Origin: Penicillus capitatus
Lineage: Eukaryota; Plantae; Chlorophyta
Assembly: GCA_965649825.1 (NCBI GenBank)
Contig: OZ287705.1
Coordinates: 574,890 to 638,889, forward strand
Direction of reading: 5' to 3'
DNA: 64,000 nucleotides
Both the position numbers and the translations under genes were made by a program. Position 1 is the stretch's first letter. The number at the start of each line of letters is the position of its first letter. The notes beneath the pieces were generated by a model that was not told where the DNA came from, searched no databases, and saw nothing but the letters and a program-made list of their open reading frames with translations. Positions 25,893 through 37,116 of this stretch are shown one piece after another.

Positions 25893-28232
25893 TTATTTCT
25901 TTTCGGTCGGTTTCAACAGGCTCTTGAGCGGAGGTCGAAGTTTTAACGCAAAACAAATTCTTTCTGAATCATCACATATGACGTCATAAGGAGTATGACC
26001 TTTGTCGTCCTTAGCCAACTTGGATGCACCATTGTCAACTAGCACCTGTGTCATAAGCAAGTATACCCATGATCCGAGCAAATCCGGCGAGGTAGGTACC
26101 TTTGCGCTTTCATATTGAGCATTCTTTGCTGTAAGATGAAGTGGAGTCCATCCTTCTTTGGTCTTCGCCTCGGTGTTTGCGTTGTGTTCAAGGAGCATCT
26201 ATTCAGCGGCCATTAGTCACAAAACAGTAGGGTTTGAGTCGGCGGACCTTTATTATTTTAGTGTACCCCCAAGTTGCTGAGTAATGTAGTGGAGTTTGTC
26301 CCTCATCATCCCTCACCTCGATGTCTGCGTGGTGTTTGTGAAGAACTCCCTCCGGCACCCTCTTCCTGTACCTCCCTCTCGACGTCCTCGGCTTGGACGA
26401 CACGTATTTCTCCCTCGCCTTGGCCGGGAGGTGGAGGTGGAGCATTGTTGCCGGAGTCGTTCCCGTGTTGGCTCATCTCACAAACGCAGCGGAAGTCTTG
26501 AAATTGGATGAGGATGGGCGAAAGTTCGGAGGCCACACAAACAGCTTTGCAGCAAAGAGCGACTTGTTACAACTTTGGGAATAGACAGCGAATGTTTTGA
26601 CAGATTGTATGCGATTCAGAACACAAGTGTAAACTTTGATGTTTAATCGAAAGGTGTTTTTCTGTGTCAAAGCCTTGCTTAAATACTCCGACCCTGATGT
26701 GACGACAGGAAAATCAGCTGAATTCTAAGAGTGAGCTCGCAATGAGGTTCCCACTGAAACCAGGTAATTCAGTATGAACTTCTAGAAGTTTCTTAGGAAC
26801 TTCTCAAGAACTCACTCCCAGTCATCACGACTTGTTTGCGATTCAGCAGTGACGGTTACGTCACACGACCAAAGACGCGACAAGCGCTAAGTGACAGAAA
26901 GGTCACCATTACAGAGACGTCCCATCACTGTTCTGTCAGAATTGCGCCATTCTTTCACAGTGTTCAAGGAAAATCTACTCAAAGGCCATTTGCCACAAAA
27001 CAGAGAATAATGTGTCGGTGGACTACGATTTCAGTGCGCCCCCAACTTGCTGCATAATGAAGTGGGGCCTTGTGATATCCGTCAAGAGGGTTGACGTTTG
27101 CGTCGTGTTCAAGGAGCATCTATTCGACAACCATTCATCACAACACAGACAAGACAGAGAAGGTTGGGTCGACGGACCTTTACGATTTCAGTGGCTTCAT
27201 ACCGTACTGCATAATGAAGTGGAGCAGAGTTGGATAAGTCAGGAGCGTTGATGTTTGGTTTGTGTTCGAGGAGGATCTACTCAACGACCATTCATCACAA
27301 CACAGACAAGACAGAGAAGGTTGTCGCAGCGGACCTCTGCGCATTTTGTGCATCCGTACTCTGCTGCATACAGAATTGGAGTAGAGCGGGAATTGTCCAA
27401 CGCATCGACGTTTGCTTCGTTTTCAAGGAGGATCTGCTCAACGACCATTCGTCAAAAACAGAGAATATTGCGTCGACGGACCTCTACGATTTCACTGTGT
27501 CCGTGTATTATTGCAACGTGAAGTGCAGTGCGACCGTATCTCTCTTCCTTGTAGTCGGGCTTCGAGCCGGTATTGATCAAGTTCTACGTTTGAAACTGTT
27601 CGAAGTGGGAATTAGAGCAGACGCGCTCACCGTTACGTATGTTATGTTTCCATTCTTAGTTTCCTCGTGAAGTTGGGTCCATCCGTCAACACCGATAACC
27701 CGTTTACCGTTATCCTTAGCTTCTGTCACTGCCGAAAACTCTCCGGCCTAAGGCAGTAACAACAATATACAGCGCTATGTTATTGCCGCGTCATTCTACC
27801 ATGATGTCTTCCTTAGGTGGTAAGCCGTCCTACACAAAAACACCACGCTATTTTTCCGCCCTGGTAACTGCAGTGCGTTTACTTGCGCAAGCTTTCGGTT
27901 GGAGGTCTCGGCGTTGTCGATTCCTACAAAGCGAAACAGACGCTCTCGCACGGAACAACAAACGCGTGTCTCTTTACCTCCATCGCGCGTGTTGTCTATG
28001 TTCTGTTCGCGGAGCACAGAACCGCCATTCAATGAAAGGTCAAAGCAATGAGCGTTACCGAGAGTTTAAACGGGACGGAGTTGGCGGATGCGTCGTCAGG
28101 AGAGAAGTCTGCATAGCAGCAAGACATCACCGTCGACCCAGATGCACGGACGACGCTACCGCGGTTGCCCGTCGACGGGCGCGGAGCAAGGAACAGAAGG
28201 CAGAGCCACACGCTGAGAATGGACAGCTTCAT
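25893..28232 (-). pseudogene. G5: signal-peptide ankyrin-repeat gene with one repeat exon interrupted by an insertion (pseudogene or exon-skipped allele)
   Basis: MKLSILSVWLCLLFLAPRPSTGNR and the same exon skeleton. The exon IFLEH|HADIEVRDDEGQTPLH is split by the 26337-26959 element. Last exon VLVDNGASKLAKDDKGHTPYDVIC... Confidence 0.75.
26337..26959. mobile_element. 623-bp insertion with TG...CA ends and 5-bp target-site duplication (solo-LTR-like or non-autonomous element)
   Basis: Begins TGTGAAGAAC and ends TTCTTTCACA (imperfect terminal inverted repeat). Flanked by GTGTT at 26332-26336 and 26960-26964. Removing the element and one GTGTT restores an intact ankyrin exon. Confidence 0.85.
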
Positions 28233-28311
28233 GCTTTCTTCGTCAGCGCAGAGTTCGGCTTAGCTCAGATGGACAGACAGTTCGTGTGTTTCTCCAACAG
28301 AGAATTCGCGA

Positions 28312-29050
28312 ATGAAGAATCGCCGTGGCGGGCGGACTTTATTCCTCCGACGGTTTCGTGCTGCCATTCGCCACGCGGCTGCCGTCTGCATTCGGTTATC
28401 TCTCTTCCGAGTCGGTACGCGTGCCAAGTGCTCTGAAACGAGGATGGAGAGACTCCATTCGTCCGGGCGCAGTTGTGCTGTAACGGTTAGTCTGCGTCTT
28501 GCAGGACGTGTGAGTCGCGTCCAGCCGTTCCTCTATCCGTCTTTAGCCGCTTTGCGCGAGCGCCGCGGATGGTTTGTTACCGTCGATGTAAGAACGGTCT
28601 CTATCTACCAAACGGTTGCTGACAGCGCAGCACAGCTCCCCAACAGTCAATCACTGCAGTTAGAGGTGCTAGTCGTTGCATGCAGGAATGGGTGCCTCCA
28701 CAGACACTAGAAATAGACTCATGTCCTAGAGAGTCTGTGGTGAATGGCCGACCACACGATGAGCTCATCATTCGAGAAAACACTCATCCATTCTAAGCTG
28801 CTGAATGGCAGGCACACACCCTCCGACACCAACACCGTGGTCATTGTGCTCTTCCAAGTAAGATGATGTATTGGTTTGCACAGCGATTTCACGATTCCTC
28901 GGCTGACATTTGTTTGCTGCGTTTATCGAAGGTCCTGTGCATGGCGGTAGGAATGAGATCTCTGGTGTCTCATCGTTAGCGCCACACAGAGAAGAGTGCA
29001 CCACCCACTGTTTACGAAGGAGAATGGGCACTGGGTGGCGGACATTGTTC
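28312..29050 (+). pseudogene. Decayed divergent partner gene upstream of G5
   Basis: MKNRRGGRTLFLRRFRA...; clear nucleotide homology to 5200-5980 in inverted orientation. Confidence 0.4.
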
Positions 29051-29980
29051 AAAGAAATGGGAGGATGTGGACGTGTGAGGGTACACAGTGAAGGAGGTTC
29101 TTCATCTGGAAATCGCATCAGACGAATGACGCGACATTGCTGCCTTCCTAGTCGATAACAGCGAGACTCCGACACTGCAGATCGAAGAGGCGGCGACAGA
29201 CGCGGACGTGGATGTAGGGATGCAATCCCACAACCACATCGACAGGTCACACACAGATAGCCGCCGCCGTCTCGAAGATGTATTCCAGAAAGGATGAAGA
29301 GAAGGAATCACAGTTTGCAGGATGGAGCAGTGGTAAAGAAAACGGAGATTTCTGAACTCCCTGGACGGCAGGTACAGTGATCACAGATCTGCAGACTCGG
29401 ATGGACGACTGTCGTCTTTGCAGCAGCGTTCTAACGTCATTGGCGGGACTGAAGTGGACAGGCAGACGGAATCGGAGATTGCGTTGCTCCACACCTGATG
29501 TGTCACCAAGAGCTCAGAAAAAGAGAAAGAGAGTACACAGATGCACTGAGGGAGAAAAGGCAAAAAGAGTGATGCGTGGCACAAAGAGTGTGAGGATATT
29601 GGATCATGCGAAAAGACAAGTCGTCAGACAGAATGGAGAAACTCAGCTAGTAACGAGGTCTCTTTGTTACACAACACTGTCGATAATGTCACACATCTTC
29701 TGTCTGCCTATCTGCACGAGTATACGATGCACTCTTTCCTGGTCTGACTGCTTCTCTGCATTCCAGTCGAATCATTTGCACATGGTTGACAGGTTTGCAT
29801 CTTTGATGAAGCATCTCCCTCGTGCGATCTCTGCTTTGTTCGCCAGTGAACAGCGAATCACTTCATCGATGACCTCATCCACAGGCATGCATGTGCAGTA
29901 CAGTACAGATTCATCTCCCCAACACAGATTTGTGCTTAGACTGCATGTGAACTCAGATCGGCAGTCCAATCAGCCGACAT

Positions 29981-30960
29981 GTCATCTCATCTGTCGCCAT
30001 CGCGCCTCCTCAGTCCAGTCAGCCGGCGGGTCATCTCATCTGTCGCCATCAATCCTCGAGAGTCCAGTCAGCCGGCGGGTCATCTCATCTGTCGCCATCG
30101 CGCCTCCTCAGTCCAGTCAGCCGGCGGGTCATCTCATCTGTCGCCATCAATCCTCGAGAGTCCAGTCAGCCGGCGGGTCATCTCATCTGTCGCCATTGCG
30201 CCTCGAGAGTCCAGTCAGCCGACCTGTCATCTCATCTGTCGCCATCAATCCTCGAGAGTCCAGTCAGCCGGCGGGTCATCTCATCTGTCGCCATTGCGCC
30301 TCGAGAGTCCAGTCAGCCGACCTGTCATCTCATCTGTCGCCATCGCGCCTCCTCAGTCCAGTCAGCCGGCGGGTCATCTCATCTGTCGCCATCAATCCTC
30401 GAGAGTCCAGTCAGCCGGCGGGTCATCTCATCTGTCGCCATCGCGCCTCCTCAGTCCAGTCAGCCGACCTGTCATCTCATCTGTCGCCATCAATCCTCGA
30501 GAGTCCAGTCAGCCGGCGGGTCATCTCGCCAGTTACCATCGCGCCTCCTCAGTCCAGTCAGCCGGCGGGTCATCTCGCCAGTTACCATCGCGCCTCCTCA
30601 GTCCAGTCAGCCGGCGGGTCATCTCGCCAGTTACCATCGCGCCTCCTCAGTCCAGTCAGCCGGCGGGTCATCTCATCTGTCGCCATTGCGCCTCGAGAGT
30701 CCAGTCAGCCGACCTGTCATCTCATCTGTCGCCATCAATCCTCGAGAGTCCAGTCAGCCGGCGGGTCATCTCATCTGTCGCCATTGCGCCTCGAGAGTCC
30801 AGTCAGCCGACCTGTCATCTCATCTGTCGCCATCAATCCTCGAGAGTCCAGTCAGCCGGCGGGTCATCTCATCTGTCGCCATCGCGCCTCGAGAGTCCAG
30901 TCAGCCGGCGGGTCATCTCGCCAGTTACCATCGCGCCTCCTCAGTCCAGTCCGCCGGCGG
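29981..30960. repeat. Minisatellite, 20 tandem copies of a 49-bp unit with interspersed sequence variants
   Basis: Unit gtcatctcatctgtcgccatcgcgcctcctcagtccagtcagccggcgg. Variants (caatcctcgaga, tgcgcctcgaga, cgacct end, ctcgccagttac) are all 49 bp. Confidence 0.95.
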
Positions 30961-31767
30961 GGTTCACATCGCCAGTCGCTTTCGCGCCTTTGTCCTTGTC
31001 TTCGATTCTGTAAGGCGAATTTTTCGCAATTTTGTTCTGCGTGCAGAACGACGACCGCCTCAGGCAGCATCGATTCAGTTGACGATCTCCGCCGGTGAAG
31101 GTTGTTGGAGTGCACTCGGAACGCACTTGAGTCGGCGACGGCCACGAATGCTCGGAGACTTCGGGTGGATCTTGGCGTGAGTAATGTATTTAGTCGCGTC
31201 GCTTCCGGTTTGTCCTTTCGGCGACGTCGTCGTAGTCAAAATCGATTCGCACACAAGTCGCAACGTTTCCAGCGTTCGCCGTTCTCAGAACGTCTCCCCT
31301 TCAAGTGCTTTCCAAGTCTGCAGTTCAAGTATCTCTTGCTGCTGGCGACGGTCATCTTTGTCTCTGAGTTTCTACGACGTTCATCCGTGGACTGAATAGC
31401 AAGGCTAGCGGTTTTACATTTACGCCGCGTTCTGCATCACGACCGACAGCGGGAAGCGCTTTGTTCAGTCGCAGGATTGAACGTCTCATTGAACGAGCGG
31501 CTGCGTCTCGACAGCGATTTGCAGAGTTGCGTCTGAGGAGACGCTGCTGGCTGGCGAACGGACAAGGTTAGCAGCAGCGATGTGAACGAGTCTGTCCGGA
31601 CACCGTCGCATACCGCTGCAAAGGGGGCAGCTGCAAAGAACGGCTCCGTCTCTAGATCAATTCGGCAAAACGTCAATTAAATGCTTCGATTCGAACCGCC
31701 TGTTTGCGAGCACGGGAAACGGAGTTCCAACTTCGGCGTCGTGTTCTCCTTTTGTGTTCGAAAGAAC

Positions 31768-32812
31768 ATGAACAAGCGTGCCGTTCTCCGCGCGTGGCTT
31801 CTGTTCCTTCTTGTCCTTCGCTCGGCATCCGCCAGTCACGGTGAAGCCGAAAAGCCATCCCACGACTGGACCAAGCTTCTCGACGTAGAAGGGCCAAAGC
31901 TGTCCGCGGAAGAGCAGAACGGCGAGTCGGATGAGGGTTTCCCCCGACAGCTGCGAACGCAGCTCCCCTTCGAGGGAGGTGCGAAGCACCCTGTGCTCAA
32001 GAACGGCCTAAGGACAAAGCTTCACGAGGCGGCTCGGGATGGAAGCCTGAAGGACGTGAAAGCAAGTACCGACGCGTGAGCGCGCGGCGTTGGGAAAGTG
32101 ATTCCTGCGATGAAGGCCCTGCTCGACGAGGGAGCCAACATCGAAGCGACGGACGACTCGGGAAGGACGCCTCTCTTTGATGCAGCAGCGTCTGGAGACG
32201 CGGAGGTGGTGCAGGTCCGTCTCCAAGTGCGAAATGGTTTTCCGAGTGTAACCACGTCTTGCAGGTTCTGCTCGATGCCGGCGCCAATATCGAAGCGGCG
32301 GACGGCGATCGGATGACGCCGCTCCACGTCGCGATCGTGTCTGGGAATGCGGAGGCGGTGAAGGTGAGCGTCGATGTGTGAGAGGACATGCCAGATGCAC
32401 ATGTCTTGGAGATGCTGCTCGACGTTGGGGCAGACTTTGGAGCGACAGATGCGGCAGGACTGACGCCGCTTCATTACGCAGCGGCAACTGGACGCGTGGA
32501 GATTGTTCAGGTGAGACGTTCGATCGGCTGTCCGGTGCTGAGCGGTGAAGGCTACCATCACAGGCTCTGCTCGAGGCGGGTGCATCCAAGGATGCGGAGG
32601 ACGTCTATGGGAGGACGCCGTACGACGATGTGTGTACCTACAGCGAGGCGGATTGCTCTGGAGACATCCAGTTGGATCTCCTGTCCCTGCTGGCTGCCGA
32701 TGACGACGGCGGCCTCAGTGGTTTCTGGATAACGGTGATCATTGTCTGTTGCGCGATCTTCCTCGTCTTCTTGGCAATCCTTCCGCTGCTGGCACACGGC
32801 GTCAAGGAATGA
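31768..32812 (+). CDS. G6: type I membrane ankyrin-repeat protein
   Basis: MNKRAVLRAWLLFLLVLRSASASHG; repeat exons ALLDEGANIEATDDSGRTPLF, VLLDAGANIEAADGDRMTPLH, MLLDVGADFGATDAAGLTPLH; C-terminal TM FWITVIIVCCAIFLVFLAILPLL. Confidence 0.82.
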
Positions 32813-33399
32813 TCTCGCATCGGGCGGGCAACGTTGACACACTCTACGTTCTGAACAAGACTGTCTGGATTGCCTCGGGAAGCGATGTTAAGTGAATCTG
32901 AATGTGAAAGGAGAAGACGTTGTGTGTAAGAGAGACATCGGTGTGGGTCAGTTGTTCTGTAGCGTCGCCTTACATTCGTTCGCTTGACGTCTTGGAGCCG
33001 GCGTGAGGTGGTTTTCATGTGTGGATCACACGAAGCCAGCCAGCCTATGTCAGACGTCGCATCCAAATACTGTGCCTCACAGAACGTCTCTTGAACTGCA
33101 GAAATCGTCAGGGATGGGCGTGCTCTGTCTCGGATCGTCTGTGGATGCTCCCGATGTCGGATCTGATTCTCGATGGCGGCTGTATCTGCAGTGCGGAAGA
33201 CTTGCTATTGCATTATGGCTCGATCATGTCGCCACTTCCTTGCTCACCTATTTGTCTCGATTCTCTCCTTCCCTGTCCGACTTTCTCACTTCTGGCGACG
33301 CCGGACGGCTCTGCAGAGCACGGCAGCTATCCATCTGAGCACTGATGAATGGAAAAGACTTCAGACGATGTGAGTGTGACGGATGGGACGTTCGTGCTC

Positions 33400-36300
33400 A
33401 AAAAGCTCTCCATTGACCGATGTGTCGCTTCGATTTCTGTGAGCGTTTTTTGCGATGTCAACGTCGTTCTCGACCATCGGACAACAACGAGAGTTGCATC
33501 GTTATGCCCTCTAGGGTGTTCCTAAGTTCGCGTTACCTTCGCTTTCTATCTCGCCGTGAGCTGAGAGACGAGTTCTCAATCTCTCGCTTCCTGAAGATGA
33601 TCGCCATCGCGGAGGCTGCGTTCGACCTGTCGTTCTGACGGGTCAACACTATAAAGAAGAAGAAGAAGTCGCGTTTCGACGTTGTCGCGAATGAGTGTTG
33701 CCGCACTGCGGTCTCAAGCTTCAACTCATAAGATATTGCTTCTCTTTCGCGGTCTTTGTCTCGACTGCTGAGACTCCTAAGAAAGGAAGGATGGTAAACA
33801 TATCAAATGACGTCGCATGACGATGCCCACCTTCTCTATCGGTGCAACCTGTGGCTCTGCATCGAGTGCGTTCAACTTAAAGTAGTCGATGTTGTCTAAC
33901 CATGTCGATCTATTAACACTATCTAATCTGCTGTTCTTTAATTGAAACAACAAGGCTTGCCTCGACTGGATCCAATGCGCAAAGGAGTAAGACAGTCTAC
34001 CTGTTACTGGTGCTTCGCCGTGTGGTAATTTCTGCCTTGCGCTACTGCATAACGATCTTCTCTTGAAATTCAACTGGGGATGTTAGGAAGGCTCTCTTCC
34101 ACTCTTTAAGCCCTCATTTCTTAGCATAAGGCTGCACTTCTCTGCAGAACCATATCCAGATCGGATACTGTCGGCTTGTTTTCTGGCAAGATCGCATCTT
34201 TAGTCGTTGGCAGCGTCCTTGTCTGTTAATCCACTTCCACATTCATCGCAATCTTCTAGGTCATTTCAACGTCGTTTGCTTTGTCAGTAGTTCTGTTCTC
34301 GACCCGTGTTCATGTAAACGACGTAAGTATACTAAAACAAACGATACTTAAGCATCTGCTTTGCAGTTCACCTTCCTCGAGGATACACTTACGCATATCA
34401 ATTAGGAAAAACAAGACAGTCACACAGAGTGATCGTATTTAAGATTCTCGCGTCATGCTACGATTGATCAGTTATTTTACCTTTTCGTAAGGGCACCTCC
34501 CTCTCCAATAGATCTACAGTGGCGAATCGGAATCGCCTTTGTCCGTGCTAAGGCTAGTGACACTGGTTTTGATAATGTTCCTCTCCTCGGCATAGTTCGA
34601 ATTCAGGCGAAGCATCAATGATCGTTCTCAGATCCCCAAACGCGTGTCCGGCGCCTTTCTTCGCGTCCACCGGCGACATAAGATTCTGCCGCTTCTCTCG
34701 TTCGGCTCAATAGGCATCCCGTTATGCTTCTGGCAGTTCGATTCTAACGCTAAGCAAAGCACATTTAGACTGAAGATGAAACAGGCAGGTCTTAATTTCG
34801 ACCCGACACTCGTCCTTGGCCGGCTAGACAAGCCCGTTCTCTTTAGCTAAATTGGTCGAACGTCTTGGGAATTGGTTCTTGTTCTCTCTACCTTCTCCGA
34901 CGCTTTGCATGACACCACATCAATGTCTTTTCGAGATCTGTCGCATCATCGCGGGATATAACCTGCGGCGATGACACAGGTATTCGACCGCTAAACTCAT
35001 AAGACCGGAACGCTTAGTTTTTTTAATCATGTCAAATATGAGTGCGCATAAAGGACGTCGCAGCTGCTAAATGCAGTTCTCGTTGGTAAGGACTTGCGTA
35101 ACGTCGACAAATACAAAAAATGGACGCTCTTCCAAGACTCTCCTCGCTTGCTTAATCAATCCTGCTTTACTGCACAAGCATGCATCTCGACATCAATGGC
35201 CTTTGCATTCTGGGCCGTACCTGTACAAAATTTCTTCACTCTCCCATCAGATGAGATCTCCTGCACCGTGAAAGCAAATGCGCAATTCCGCCGACTCCAT
35301 AATACGTCTTGCCATCTCGTGTTCCTTCTTGCTTCGCACGTAGCATTGTATGACGTCACGGTTCTTTAAAAGAAGGGATTGATGACATACTTAGGCATGG
35401 CTTCGTCTCTAAAAACCAGACATCCCCAAGTTTAATGCAGCGGACACCGATTCCGATCTCTAAAACGCACTTTTCTAGCAGCGCAATGCTTCCTCATCAG
35501 AGAGGAAATGCCGTTTTTTGGCAATGATGTTCTGCAAATCTGCCCTTTCGTGTTAAAACTTCGCATTCTTTTATACACAGTCGTATGATATGGATCTTTG
35601 AGTAAAGAGTGACTTACCGAACGACGTCGTTCTTGTCACAAAGACGGCGGGTCGCGTTTGGCGTTTTTGCGCGTTTCTTCAGGAACGCGGTCGAATTCTT
35701 CGAGGTCGAATGGATGCCGTCTTATTTCTTCCGTAGGGGGTTCTCCGTTTTCTGGACTTGGCAGTGCAAAGCCTTCCGTCGTCTTTGGATCACTTCGTCG
35801 CAGCTTTCCTGCCATTCTCGCATCTAAACGCCCAAAATGCACAAACATACTACAGCCGTATTCGACGATTGCTACGGCATCGTCTACGGCGCCACGACGG
35901 AATAGCTTCTGCGAGATTGCCAGAACGACTAGATATGCGTAGACTCCGGTTGCAGACGCAGCTATCTGGAGGGAGACGGAAGAGGAGTGCGCGTCCGTCC
36001 GTGCACGTTATGGTCTCTGTCGCGAGAAGACTAAAAGATAAACTGGAATTCTCACCTTCTGTCCATAGACTGGAGAGAGAGGTATGCAGAGCATCAAGAC
36101 TTTCTCGCAGTTCACAAAGTCTGCTATTTGTGCTTCGAGTGTGCTTGAACGATGGATGGGATCATGTTCAGGAACGATGTGTCTGGTGCAACCAACATTC
36201 ACCAGTTGGGACGATTACCTTCAAAGGGTAGCAGAAACCACTGAAAGCGCGAGTGTTGCTGCGCCAGTGGCAGACCATCGCGTTAGATGATAAAGAATGT

Positions 36301-37035
36301 CTTCATCTCGGTGAGGGACCGCTCTGGCGTTACCAAAGATGGCATACTGCTCGCTTCGATGCTGGATCTCGTGTGGGAGACGGACCGCATTCTCGGCACT
36401 GGATCACGAGTGACGTTGGCGCACAACTCAGTAAAGGGACAGTTTCGACGTTGTAGATCATAAGCAATGCGTCTATCTCCTCGCGGGAACAGGATGTCTT
36501 GGTTATCGGAAGCACATGTTTGCTGCACTGTGATGATCCGTTCAGCACAGAGTAATGCTGATCACCTGAAGCAGATTCCTCCAGGACATATAAAGCTGTC
36601 TACTGCATACTGCCATGATCCCGTTTCAATCCAAAAGGCCGTCAGTCTGAACGCCTTCTCAGTCCCTCAGCACTCCAGACTTCGTAATGTTGTACTTCAA
36701 CATTCACAGTGAATTCGCAGTTTTGCTGTGCTGTCAGCGACCTTCGGCAGAGACCATTCGTATATCCGCGTCATCGAAACGTCAGCGTGGCACAAAACGG
36801 CCGACGACGGATAGAAGAACAAAGAGACGCCACTCGAGCGTCCTGCAAAACAAAGTCTTGCCGTCACAGGACCAACACTCTCTGACGCATAGAGTCTCTC
36901 CACCCTCCTTGCAGAGCGCCTGTCGCTCGCAGCACCTCGAAACAGAAACAGCCTGCCACGGAAGGCAGCTTCATGGAAAACGTCGGCGCGGAACCGTCGA
37001 AGGAATAAAGTCCGTCCGCCGCGGCGATTCTTCAT
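33400..37035 (-). pseudogene. Long decayed multi-exon divergent partner gene upstream of G7 (unknown family)
   Basis: MKNRRGGRTLFLRRFRA...; protein-like frames broken by scattered stops, with short GT-AG introns, down to at least about 34.5 kb. 3' limit approximate. Confidence 0.4.
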
Positions 37036-37116
37036 TCGCCAATCGCACGTTTAGAAAACAGACAAACTGTCTATCGACCTTTACGAAGAAGAACTCTCTG
37101 CGCTGTCGAAGAAAGC

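Noticed and set aside
29981-30960. CRISPR-like array
   Set aside because: The units are directly adjacent with no unique spacers, there are no cas genes, and the context is eukaryotic.
29377-31098. 573-aa and 344-aa plus-strand ORFs
   Set aside because: They stay open only because the 49-bp unit has no plus-strand stop; there is no domain or splice support.
33400-36500. Helicase or P-loop NTPase label for the decayed partner gene (RICFHG, PFFVFVD)
   Set aside because: No Walker A or other diagnostic motif found; the resemblance is too weak without a profile search.
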